Assembly (NCBI RefSeq): GCF_002105155.1
Contig: NW_019029008.1
Span: 310,001 to 374,000, forward strand
Reading direction: 5' to 3'
DNA length: 64,000 bases
Source of the DNA: Lobosporangium transversale
Lineage: Eukaryota
The first letter of the stretch is position 1. The number at the start of each line of letters is the position of its first letter. The notes beneath the pieces were generated by a model. It was not told where the DNA came from, searched no databases, and saw nothing but the letters and a program-made list of their open reading frames with translations. Positions 51,665-62,173 of the stretch are shown here, one piece after another. A program made the position numbers and the translations under genes.

Positions 51665-53919
51665 CTAGATGACGTGATCTTCTTCGACTGTATTGCAAGA
51701 GGATGCTTCATGGATCCAGTTGACGACAATCTTCGCGAGGCCGCTATAATCCTTATTGTATCGACGATATACAAATGTGTTTGGCGTGCTATCGCTCACC
51801 ATGGTATCAAGCATGTCTTCTACAGCCGGTGAGATTTCCTCCAGTGTATAACCAGAGTATAAAATCATTGAATGTGTCTAGCAATTCATGCGTCCCCATG
51901 TCATAACGAAAGCATGTATAAGCCATAGAGCCCATTTTCAATCTGTATAACATTGATAATATCAATAATATTAACGTACCCACTCTGTCCGGCCCATCAT
52001 CCAGCGGCTAATATATACTGCAGCTGCAGCTTGAAGCGATGGCTTATAGATGAGAAATCGGGGGTCTAGTAGGACTAGTTCAAGGATGAACCTGGTGATG
52101 GACCTAACATAGATAATGTCATCATTGTCCCCGTCTCCACGTAAGCATCTCCGCAAGAAAGGCAATGGTCCTGGCCAACCAACCCTGTAGTCGAGCAACC
52201 GTAGGATTTCGCGCTCATAAAGCTGAAAATCGGTGACTTCTACTTGGTATCCAAACTGACCCATAAGCCTAGTATACTCTCTCAATCGCATACATCCAAC
52301 ACGCTGCTCGAACTTAGCGGCAATCAATAAGCAAACGAAGGAAGTTATAACGAGGACCATCTTATTGTCGTGAAACTTTCGTGAAATTTTGTTTAAAACT
52401 CGGTCAAACAGATTGACGCCGAGGAATAGGGGTTCAGGGAGGATACGCATTTTCATACGTGTCTCTGTCATAATCTCGATGCAGTGCATCCTGTGAGCCC
52501 ACGCAGACTCTGGCATCCGCTCCAGATATCCAATATCTGGCTGGAGAGTAGTCTGGGAGGAAATATAAAAGAAGTTCGTTTATATTTGTTTGCACACCTG
52601 GGAGGCAGAGTCATACATCAATAGCTTACCTCCATCTCACGGCAGTGGCTAAAGATTTCATCCTCATACTCCATCATCAAGGTCTGGTCATGGCTGGGGT
52701 CTCTGTCCATAGTTGTGGAATTAGTTCGTGAATCAGAGGTCATGGCCCGCCTCTGCTTTTCCTGGAGTCCGATATTCTCACAATTGGTGATTGGGGCTAA
52801 GTGTGATATGGGCATATTTGAGTTCGTAGCGCTCTTCTGCGCCGTAGAGACTTCATCTTCCCTGCTTCTACCTACGTGTTGCTCGCGCGCTAGTACCTTG
52901 ATATGCGCCGCCCCTTGGCTGGTTACAACAGGATGTGTTGCTTTGTTAGGCGTTCGACCAACTGAGGGGGCCACACCTTTGGGGTTGTATTGTTCACTGC
53001 TGCTTGTCCTCCGCCTCTTGTCATAGCTTCCTCCCGCACAACCAGCCTTTGAGGGGCCTACTGAGCTGACGTCCACTTTTTCCCCTTGCTTTCCCCCGTT
53101 AGAGGGTTCTGGTCTCCTAGATTCATTTGGCTGCTCATCATCCCTGTCATGCTTGCGTTTCTTGTCTACTACGTCGACTTGGACAACTTGTTCGGATTGT
53201 GTATCGAATGACGTCGATGCCCGTTTAAGCACTGAATTTGCCTCTGGGACTGCATGACTGTGGGTAATATTTGGATTTCGGATACGTTTATTGCTCATGG
53301 GCTGTTCATGTTGTATCTTCAAGGCATCTCTTTCAACTGCTGTAGTCACCATGCTCAAAGTGCTGTTGTTATGTGACGCAACTGGCTTGGATGCAGTGAA
53401 AGGAAGAACTGACTCAATAAGTTGACCACCATTCATGGCCAATTCGTTACTTGAAGTTGCTCGAGAGAACGAGGCTCGAGTTGTTGATGCTCTAGAAGCA
53501 GCTAAATTACAAGCAGGGGCTGAGGAAATCTGATCTCTGGGATCAGTTGGGTATTTGATTGGAGCCTTTACAAAATTCACTTCAGCGTCGCCACGACAGC
53601 TTTGAGCTTGTTGGTCTCCGCTCGTATGGATACTTCGTGTCTTGGATGGTTGTAGTGGATCAGCAATCTCGTTTTTCAACCTAGCTTTCTCTGAGTCCGC
53701 CTGATTGATAACCAAGATTAAAAAGGAAATAGCTTATTGTTAAGACCGCGTATATCATCTTCGTACATGGAACTACAATGCTCGCTCTAACATTAAAAAA
53801 AAAAAAAATAAGCTCACTAATTTTCACTCTACCTTACTCTGCTCTATATTCTCTTTATTATTTCGGGCTACTGTGCGAGCTGTGCTTTGTAAGCCAGGAG
53901 GTTTTTTATTGAGAACCAT
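51665..53919 (-). CDS. Divergent B-type cyclin; exons 53919-53833, 53700-52630, 52552-51980, 51877-51665
   Basis: EYEDEIFSHCREME, LPEPLFLGVNLFDR, LLIAAKFEQ, EREILRLLDY..PGPLPFLRR, YKPSLQAAAAVY, YSGYT. A KEN box (NNKEN) lies near the N-terminus. Confidence 0.88.
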
Positions 53920-54262
53920 ATTTATATTTTTCGGAGGTGTGCAAACGTTAAAGAAGGTAAAAAAATATAGTGGATTTGTACAAGCGAGTTTGACCAAGTT
54001 TCTGCAAGGAGCAATAAGCACACTAGCAAGCAAAACAAAGCAGGAGCTACAACTGCTAGTGCAGAGGGAATTAAAGAGAGCTTGATAGCGAAGCAGGGTC
54101 TAAGCAAAGGTTGTGGATTAAAGAAAAAGTAGAAAAATTATGATTTATCACACTACCCACGTGCAAACATTCCGAGGCACTTGTTCCCGCCACCAAAATG
54201 AGACGTTAATAAAGATCTGTGTAGCACTGAAAAAAATCAGTTCCACAGATCCATCAACATCA

Positions 54263-55015
54263 ATGGTTCACATGTACAGATTCACTCACAGGATGATTGA
54301 GGTCATCCAGGATGACAATGCTCAGGACAATAAGACAGTAGTGCCTGCGGAGGTCACTCTTGCTAATCTGACAATGTTTTCAACTGTCCTCTTCATGACA
54401 GAATTCCACAAGATGGGCATGGGAGACTCTGTAGACATTTCAAAGACGTGCAACATGTCTGAATGGCATCGTCGTCTGTACGCAGGAACAAGGAAACAAG
54501 CTTCAAATACCAGTCGTGAGGACGAGGACGAGTACATTGATATCCTTACTTTGCTACCAAAGCCAATCCCAGAGGCTGGGGTAATTTATGCCACTACATC
54601 CAAAAGTCCAAATGATGCATCTGACAAAGAAAAATTCACTTCGTTCCTGTTTGCTCATCACAAACAATCCATTGCTCAAACAATCCCATCATTGCCATCA
54701 CAAGGAGCTTCTATTGATAAGCTGTCACCCGAAACTCAGGCGTTGATATCTAAGCTGGGTGTCACACATATCTGGCTGTGTGGATCAGACCCAGAGCAGC
54801 GACGACATGGTCTCATGGTCCAATGTCTGAACCAGCTTGAAAAAGACGTTTATACATGGAAGTCTTCCGGACAGGCTTCTGGCATAATAACTGTTCATAC
54901 GATCCCTCAAGCGTTCCCAGGAATGGTTCACTTCTTGACAAAAAACGAATTTCAAGGCGGTGACAAGGTAGTTGGCGGCGATGCTGGGAAAGTTCTCTTT
55001 TGGAAGGAAGTGTAG
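54263..55015 (+). CDS. Putative GNAT-family N-acetyltransferase (intronless; the upstream ATG at 54140 is also possible)
   Basis: Motif-A-like HIWLCGSDPEQRRHGLM, followed by ITVHT...GMVHFLTKNEF resembling motif B. Confidence 0.6.
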   Translation: MVHMYRFTHRMIEVIQDDNAQDNKTVVPAEVTLANLTMFSTVLFMTEFHKMGMGDSVDISKTCNMSEWHRRLYAGTRKQASNTSREDEDEYIDILTLLPKPIPEAGVIYATTSKSPNDASDKEKFTSFLFAHHKQSIAQTIPSLPSQGASIDKLSPETQALISKLGVTHIWLCGSDPEQRRHGLMVQCLNQLEKDVYTWKSSGQASGIITVHTIPQAFPGMVHFLTKNEFQGGDKVVGGDAGKVLFWKEV

Positions 55016-55045
55016 TAAGATACAGTCAGAAAGATCATTAATTCC

Positions 55046-55076
<31 letters not shown>

Positions 55077-56399
55077 CACAAATTAAGTAGAATAACTAAT
55101 ATTTGATAAATACAGTATCGAATACAAATGATAGCAGAGGAGTGGGCTTAGGTGCAAAGATAGAATGAAGTGATGCCAGAATAGTCAAAAGGAAGACATA
55201 AAGCATTCTTATAGACTATGTTTCGCTTGTATATACGGCCTACCCCCAAATACTGACATTGGAAGACAGCAGCGGCCTACCCTTCACAGTCCATTAGTTA
55301 CATTGAAAGCAGCCTACCTTCTCTTCGTGGGAATGATGTAAGCATAAAAAACTATATTGAGAAGCTCAGAAATATGGGGAAAGCCCTAGATTCCTTCCTT
55401 CTATAGCAGCAACAATGTCATCAAGAAACATAGGTGGGATGCGAAAAGAGTCCGAACCGAAGAATACAAGATCACCGACAGCCTGCTCAAGATAGGGACG
55501 GGTCTTGCAAGTTTTCGCCTAATGCAAGGCTATCTTTGTTACACGAATCATTCCAATCATACTTCGTGAATACGAAAAGTACTCGCCCATTATTACAAAA
55601 AAAACGTGGCCGGCGGCCATGCGGCTTTAAGCAGTAGTTAAAACAGAGGTCGGCCAAGTTAGCCGTAGAAAAACCGTCAGCCATTACTTTTTTTGTCGTT
55701 ATTATCACATTGTAACTAATCTTGCTCTTCTCCCTATGAGGCCCGATCTCTTGGGTACATCGTTGTATCGTTGTAGGTGTAAACGAATATTATACTTCAA
55801 AAAAAAAGTCCGATCTGTCAAGAATTTGTTAGTCAGGTTGAGATCCGTCGACTCTATTGCAGCAGCTGCAAGACATTTATGCACAGAGATGTCATAGCAT
55901 GGCATAACATTTGGAGCGTTGTTCAAGACCATTTACTTTATCAAGAACAACCATCCTATCTTGTGTCAAACAAAAATAAGGATGGATGACGGAAATGTAG
56001 TTCACCATAGTTGACAATATCTGCGTGTCAGCTGTTTTCGATGACGTAATAAGGCCAAGATACTTCCGTTCTTCGTTCATTTGCATTGCAAGATTGCTCT
56101 CCTGCCCACTCCGTAATCGCAACATCCCACAAGAAATCCTTTCACTTGTTAAGTTTTCTATATCTACTTTTCAAGGAAACAGATACTATGAATGCACAGG
56201 GTAATAGCCTACTATAGGGTATTGAATTAAAGCAATTGTAATTTCATTTACCCATGGTGTAGTGCGGTGTTTTGGGATAACCGGAGGTAGCTGTGTCTTA
56301 GGTACAGTGAGGCAGGCCAACTCATAGTTATAGCTTCATTACCCATGGCGTAGGATGGCATTTTGGGCTTTGAAATTACAGTTAGTTTTAGGATTATTT

Positions 56400-58359
56400 A
56401 CTGACTATTACGCTTTAGTCTCTGAACAGATTGATATAGCTGAGCAATATCCTGATGTCTTCCTTCCTAATCTTGCTGGCGTGGGATATTTCTTCTAGCT
56501 AAATATCCTGACTAAATCGAACTTTCGGGGTTATTATACTTATCGAAGAGAAGAAGGTGTCAAGAATTGGAGAACGGCCATTAAAGAATGGAATGGATGG
56601 ACGAAACGTTTTCAAGTCTCTGATCATAAGCAGCTTAAGGTTCTAGCCCTGGATGAACCACAAAAATTCAGAAATAATTTGAAGGAAGGCAGCTGTAAGT
56701 ACTTTTACGTTTTATGTTTAGCTTTCATTGGTGATAGATTTTAACCTAGCATATTTTTCAGCATCTTCAAATCTATTTTCTTCAAGCATTTTCCTAGAAA
56801 GTCCGACAGTAAACCGAATGACTGAGGAATATGAACAAATTTGCAGAGGATTTCCAATTACTCTGTCAACCAGTGTTCCTAACCGATTCGAATAAGCCTT
56901 ATCCTGGAATGATTCGAATGACGCGAATGGATCGAATGGATCAAGTATCGAATGGATCGAGTGTCGAATAGTTCGAATGGTTCGAATAGGGGCACTGGAT
57001 ATTCTTTTATTTAGTTTATTACTGAGACCCTCAGGAAGAAAGGCAAAAGAGGAAAAAGAAAGGAAAGGAAAGAAAAAAAAAAAAAGGAGATGAAACATAA
57101 TGAAAGGTAGCATTGTTACGCGTAGCGAAAGTACGGTCATTGTAATTTACGCCCAATCAAAAAAAAAAAAAAAAAAAAAAATTACTACAAACACAAGTTT
57201 AAGATTATCATTTCCTATTGTGCCAATGGTTCGAATGAATCGAATAGTATTCGAATTTTGATATCTATTCGAATGGTTCGAATAGGAGCACTGCTGTCAA
57301 CAGGTACCAATATTGATGAACTCCTATTCCAATATACAAGGGATCTATAACATGAAGATCCGTTGCATTCGTTTGTCATATTCAAAAGGATAGAATGGAG
57401 TTTCATTCCAGAAGGTGATTTGAAGGAGTTCCAGGATCTTCTCGAGCAATCTGAGGGAAAGCGTGGTACATATTCTTTAAAAACATGGGAAGCAAATGTA
57501 ATTTTGCGATTCAAAGGTAAATTTATAGTGAGTTGAGGTGACCTTTTTGTAAAAAAATTTACACTTGCTTTCTACGTCTAACTCAAGTCTATGAAGCACA
57601 TAACAATGCGCTTCCAATGAATGAGTCTGAATCGTGGTATGTGAAGAACATTTGGAACATCTTGCTAGACTTGACTCATAGTACATTTGTGAAGGTATGT
57701 CCTGGAGATAAGAATTCGACCGCGTCTTCGAAAAGGAAAAACGTTGAACGGACTCTATCTACTGGATATGCTATTGGAAGAAAGGCAGATTCTATATTTC
57801 TTTCGAATCGACATCCATTCAAATTGGCGTTGTGAAGATAGGTAGGTTGGACAAAGGAGAAAACTCTACCAAGTCCTTAAAAGATGGCAGGAAGATATGT
57901 AAATTCCTGAAAGGCATGTCTGATCTGATTTGTAGCAGGCACCGCGACGCTCGAAGTGTAAGAGATGGGTTAGTATTGCACGGCATTATATTGTCAGGCC
58001 TGAGCATTACTTTTTTACTATTTGTATATGTTGGGGGACAGTTTCATAGATTATTTACTCATGAAGAGAAAGCTCTGACAGAGTCATGGAGCTATTCCAA
58101 TACTATGAGTATCATCAGGGCATTCGTTCTTCTTGGAAAGCGACTGAAGGACACAGAAAAATATATTTATGAAAGCACTTCTACCACTGAAAATAACATT
58201 GAGGCTGAGTTACACGGCGCCTCAGTACCTGTATCGAAGGGATCAAGTATATCTACCGAGTTTCCTCCAACAATAACAACACCTTATAACAGTCCACCAT
58301 CCTCTCTATTGTTAAAAAGATCTCGCGCTAGTAATCAGGCATTTACGGAGCAGTCATAA
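56400..58359 (+). pseudogene. Disrupted gene with a C-terminal PD-(D/E)XK/restriction-endonuclease-like domain (Crinkler-effector-like family of early-diverging fungi)
   Basis: Removing the insertion restores GFPITLSTGTNIDELLFQYTRDL*HEDPLHSFVI. Then NESESWY..IW..STASSKRKN..GRKADSIF. In-frame stops, a frameshift near 57830 and a TE insertion. Confidence 0.6.
56871..57293. mobile_element. Non-autonomous hAT-type element, 423 bp, with 8-bp TSD CTGTCAAC
   Basis: TSD at 56863-56870 and 57294-57301. Ends CAGTGTTCCTA and TAGGAGCACTG are imperfect inverted repeats. Many subterminal TCGAAT motifs. Confidence 0.88.
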
Positions 58360-58474
58360 CCTCTTCTCATTATCATTTTTTATTTGAATAAATTTTACGC
58401 TGGTCAATATCCAGCTACTTGCTATGGTCCATAAAACTACACCTACTCTACTTGACTCGTTGTCGATAGAAAGC

Positions 58475-58507
<33 letters not shown>

Positions 58508-58729
58508 GAGAGCATTCTGTAATTCTGTAATCTGAAGATATTAAGAAATGTGGGACGTCTCGGGTCTCCAATGTTGTCATAAGGATTATTTATTGTAATA
58601 AACAACAAGGCCATTGGTTCTTTTCTCTCCTTTTTTGTCTCCTCACTTCTTTACACGCACTCAATTACTCTGTTCGTTGATATAACCAGAAACTTCTGTA
58701 TTTGTGGCTCACCCACGCAGTTACTTTCG

Positions 58730-58822
58730 TTGAAAAGGCCAAACCAAACTCAAAAGAATGGCTCCGACACATTCACCTCAAGAGACGAGGGCTCTAGCTT
58801 AGTCCCAGCGTTTTTAACAGGT

Positions 58823-58855
<33 letters not shown>

Positions 58856-59760
58856 CCACCGGTGACTGATGATGGCGTGCGATAAATCCGTGTTGCAATT
58901 AACACAGCATCTTGTACATATTCTGTTTTTTGTTTCAACTTGGACATGTGATTTTGGTGAGGGCCGGTTAGTGAACTGATCGTACTCTTTGATTTTTGAC
59001 TCTAGCTTGGCCCTCAAGGAATCAGTGAGTATTAAATAGTGGATGAAACGTTATGGCAACTGAATACTCGTCTGTGGTTATGATACGTTTCTCCAGCTGG
59101 TCAATGAGGCGATTGAGCTCGGCAGTCAGATTGAATTCTGGCTCGTGGCTGTCGCTATCTGTGGCCAAGGGAGCGACAGCCGCAACATAGCCGCTTATTG
59201 ACGAACTAAAAACGATAGTCATGTCATTAATGAGCCCCAGTATATCTACTAGCTCATCACCCTGGCTCATCTCTTTGCTATTTAGTCGTAACGTCAGAAG
59301 TCTATCGTGATTAGCTGATTCAGCTTGGTTCGGTCCTGCGGCTGCGTCGATTATTAAGCTTTCAGTGGCTGGCATGGGTCCTCGGTGCCTTTTGAACATC
59401 GCTAGAATACTATCCCATTTGGTTACGACGTCAAGGACCACGGCCATTGGCGTACACGTTGGATCAATTTCTTCCTAGCATATCTTTAATGCCTGACCCA
59501 ACTATGGGTGTTTACCTCGATCGCGCTACAATTTCAAGTCGGATATAGAGGTTCTTAACGTCATTCTCCATTCCCCATTCCCCCTTTCATGCGCTCCGCT
59601 CATTCCACTCGATGAGTCTTGCATCTTTGGACTTATTCAAGCATAATTGAAGACCCTAATAACACCGCATCCCAGTGAGGGACGGGTTACTGTCCACTGA
59701 ATCTTGGTAAATGTTACAGCAAACCACGCGGAAGCCATTGATGAAGTGAGTCACTTAGTG
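58730..59760 (-). mobile_element. Decayed hAT-family transposase fragment
   Basis: VLDVVTKWDSILAMFKR matches the hAT DV.TRWNST..ML.R motif. AITFHP resembles A..LDPR, and IATRIYRTPSS resembles the dimerisation-domain PASS motif. Frameshifts and an inserted poly(A) are present. Confidence 0.65.
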
Positions 59761-60170
59761 CTATGGTGTCAACTAACTTTTGCTTTCCATACGCTAACTG
59801 CTTAACTCGCCTCACAGAAAAACGCAAGATAAACCAATCAATGAATAATATATATCTTAGATTTAAGGCGTCAGGATCGGTACCGGCTTCCTGGTGCTAT
59901 TTTCATTCCTAACTCTTTAAATCATCCTTATAAAAATCTGAAACATAGGTCTACCATAGTGGCAATAAAAGAGTGCTAAGAAGAGAAAAGCACAGTCAGA
60001 AAGGAAATCTGAAAATGTTACATTGAAGAGCAATGTCCATCAATTGAGATGTGTGAGTGGAGTCTAAAGTCAGCATACGGGTATACTTTTTTCGTATAAG
60101 ATACTAAGAAGTGACGATACGGAGGAAGGAGCGTTTGCAAGAGTGACTTAGATAAAAGTCAGCCGCTGTA

Positions 60171-61506
60171 CAGTCACCTGAAACAAAGATTGGACAAAAA
60201 AATAAAATATTGAAATAGTTACGTAGGGAAGCGTTTCCTTCAATCTCTTTCCTTCCTGTTTTTCACATACAAACAGCTTGAGTAAACCACCATGGCGAGA
60301 CACTTAGACATTGAGAATAAAGGTATCATCGTTGGAATGCACCTCGCGGGCATGAAGGCTGCGGAAATCGCATTGCAACGCGGTGTACCCCGAACCTCTG
60401 TTATTAATATTATCAGGGTGTACCAAGAAAGAGGCACCACTGCTTGCACTCCGATCCCAGGACGGCCCAAAGTACTAAGTGAACGGGACCTCAGGAGCAT
60501 CGTTCGCCATACTAAGCAGAATAGAAGGTGTACTCTTAATGATATCACTAACCAATTGCCGAACAAAGTTTGCGAGAGGACAGTTGCGAAGGCATTGCAT
60601 TCACTGGGTATTTTCAGCCGGATTGCAGTAAAAAAACCATTCTTAAAAGAAGGACATATAAAAAGGAGGCTGCAGTTTGTCAAAAAATATATGAGTTGGT
60701 CCATGGAAGACTGGAATCGGGTAGTTTGGACTGACGAATCATCATTTGAAGTTGGTAAGCATTTTCGTCAAATAAGAGTTTGGCGTAAAGTAGAGGAAAA
60801 GTACGATCATGATTGCCTCGCACCCACTTTCAAAAGTGGTAGAACAACTCTGATGGTCTGGGGGGCGTTCACAGCAACCAGAAAGTCTCGGTTGGTTGTA
60901 TTTGAAAGAGGTCGTAAAGATGGACGGTGTTTCGTGGAAGATGTATATCAAGGCGAGCTAGCCAGATTTATGGCTGAGGTAGGGGATGGCATACTTATGG
61001 AGGATAATGCTCCAGTTCATACTTGTAAGATTGCAAAAGAATGGCGCGAAAAAAACAGCATCCCGAGGATTCCAGACTGGCCTTCATGCTCCCCAGATTT
61101 GAACCCTATTGAACATGTATGGTCACTTCTTGCGGATGCACTCGATAGGCGCGCTAAAGGGCCAAGAGATCTTCCCACTCTCACACGGGCTCTTATCGAA
61201 GAGTGGAATAATTTACCGCAAGAGAGGCTGGCCAGCCTTGTCGCTACCATGCCCGAAAGGCTGGAAGAAGTGAATGGGGTCGATGGTAGGAACACTCACT
61301 ATTGAACCTACATGGCACTTTTGCTACTCTAACAATGCCGTCTTCAAAACCCCAATAAATAACAGTATTGACCTCTTTAGTGAGCATGTAAAATTTCATG
61401 TGTATTGATGAAGTCTTTATGTATGTTGCATATGAGCTGTTTGTCCAGGTTGTTCAAAAAAAAATCAAGAAAATCCATTTTGTCCAAACTTTATTTCAGG
61501 TGACTG
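60171..61506 (+). mobile_element. Complete Tc1/mariner (IS630-Tc1) DNA transposon, 1336 bp, 29-bp TIRs, TA TSD
   Basis: TA|CAGTCACCTGAAACAAAGATTGGACAAAA at the left end and TTTTGTCCAAACTTTATTTCAGGTGACTG|TA at the right, with 2 mismatches in 29 bp. Confidence 0.96.
60292..61305 (+). CDS. Tc1-like transposase, DD35E, uninterrupted 337 aa
   Basis: N-terminal HTH with GRPK linker, KKPFL, VVWTDESSF, MVWGAF, MEDNAPVH, WPSCSPDLNPIEHVW. Confidence 0.95.
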   Translation: MARHLDIENKGIIVGMHLAGMKAAEIALQRGVPRTSVINIIRVYQERGTTACTPIPGRPKVLSERDLRSIVRHTKQNRRCTLNDITNQLPNKVCERTVAKALHSLGIFSRIAVKKPFLKEGHIKRRLQFVKKYMSWSMEDWNRVVWTDESSFEVGKHFRQIRVWRKVEEKYDHDCLAPTFKSGRTTLMVWGAFTATRKSRLVVFERGRKDGRCFVEDVYQGELARFMAEVGDGILMEDNAPVHTCKIAKEWREKNSIPRIPDWPSCSPDLNPIEHVWSLLADALDRRAKGPRDLPTLTRALIEEWNNLPQERLASLVATMPERLEEVNGVDGRNTHY

Positions 61507-61567
61507 TACATCGCTCCTCCATTTTGCTTTGTTGATTGACAAACTACATTCTGATACTAAAGAAAAT

Positions 61568-62173
61568 ATGACTTTTCATTACCCAGAAACAGCGCAGGAA
61601 GACCCTTCTATTGAAGCGCTGCGCAGAGAGTTGGCAGCTGTTTCGCTAGTGCTCAGAAACACACAACAGGATCTCAAGGATGTTGAAGATAACCTCGCAT
61701 ACATTCAAGCAGAGCGCAATACAGCACTATTCAGTCTCGCTGAGACCAAACTCGACCTGCAAAACGCCAGAGACGCTCTTGCCAATAGTGAGCGTGCACG
61801 CCGAGAGGCCAATCAGGATCGGGTCATTTCTCGCCCTTGTAAAGAGCAGGAAGTCTTTGTTATTTTAAAGTTTCAAAAGCCTCAACCATCACCTGTCGGA
61901 GGATTTCGCATCTTTGCACAGCAACGAAAGGTCGTTGACCGCAGACTGAAGCAATTCATTGCTGATAACCCTGAGCTGGATGCCGTTGATGTTGAGGAGT
62001 TGCGATTTGATCGTTCGCCGAGGGGAGAAAACGTCATTCAACATATGAGGCGCGATAAAGATGCCCCAATCAAGCTCAGTCGTCGCAACTTCATCCTCAA
62101 GGACGGCAAGACGGAGGATGAGATGGTTGAATATATCACACGAGTTTTCAACACCCATACCCAGGAGAACTAA
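61568..62173 (+). CDS. Intronless coiled-coil protein with a DUF3627-like C-terminal domain (large-DNA-virus KilA-N/Bro-associated type)
   Basis: A heptad coiled coil is followed by QDRVISRP..QEVFVILK..FRIFAQQRKVVDRRLK..SP..NVI..F.L..EDEMVEYI. AATAAA lies just after the stop. Domain assigned from recalled consensus. Confidence 0.5.
   Translation: MTFHYPETAQEDPSIEALRRELAAVSLVLRNTQQDLKDVEDNLAYIQAERNTALFSLAETKLDLQNARDALANSERARREANQDRVISRPCKEQEVFVILKFQKPQPSPVGGFRIFAQQRKVVDRRLKQFIADNPELDAVDVEELRFDRSPRGENVIQHMRRDKDAPIKLSRRNFILKDGKTEDEMVEYITRVFNTHTQEN

Noticed and set aside
55480..56125. Integrase/DDE-like words (MVLNNAP, PKRSGLIGRRAR)
   Set aside because: Catalytic residues are absent and the family cannot be assigned by eye.
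56880..57290. CRISPR-like or tRNA T-loop-like GTTCGAAT repeats
   Set aside because: Spacing is irregular with no unique spacers; explained as hAT subterminal repeats.
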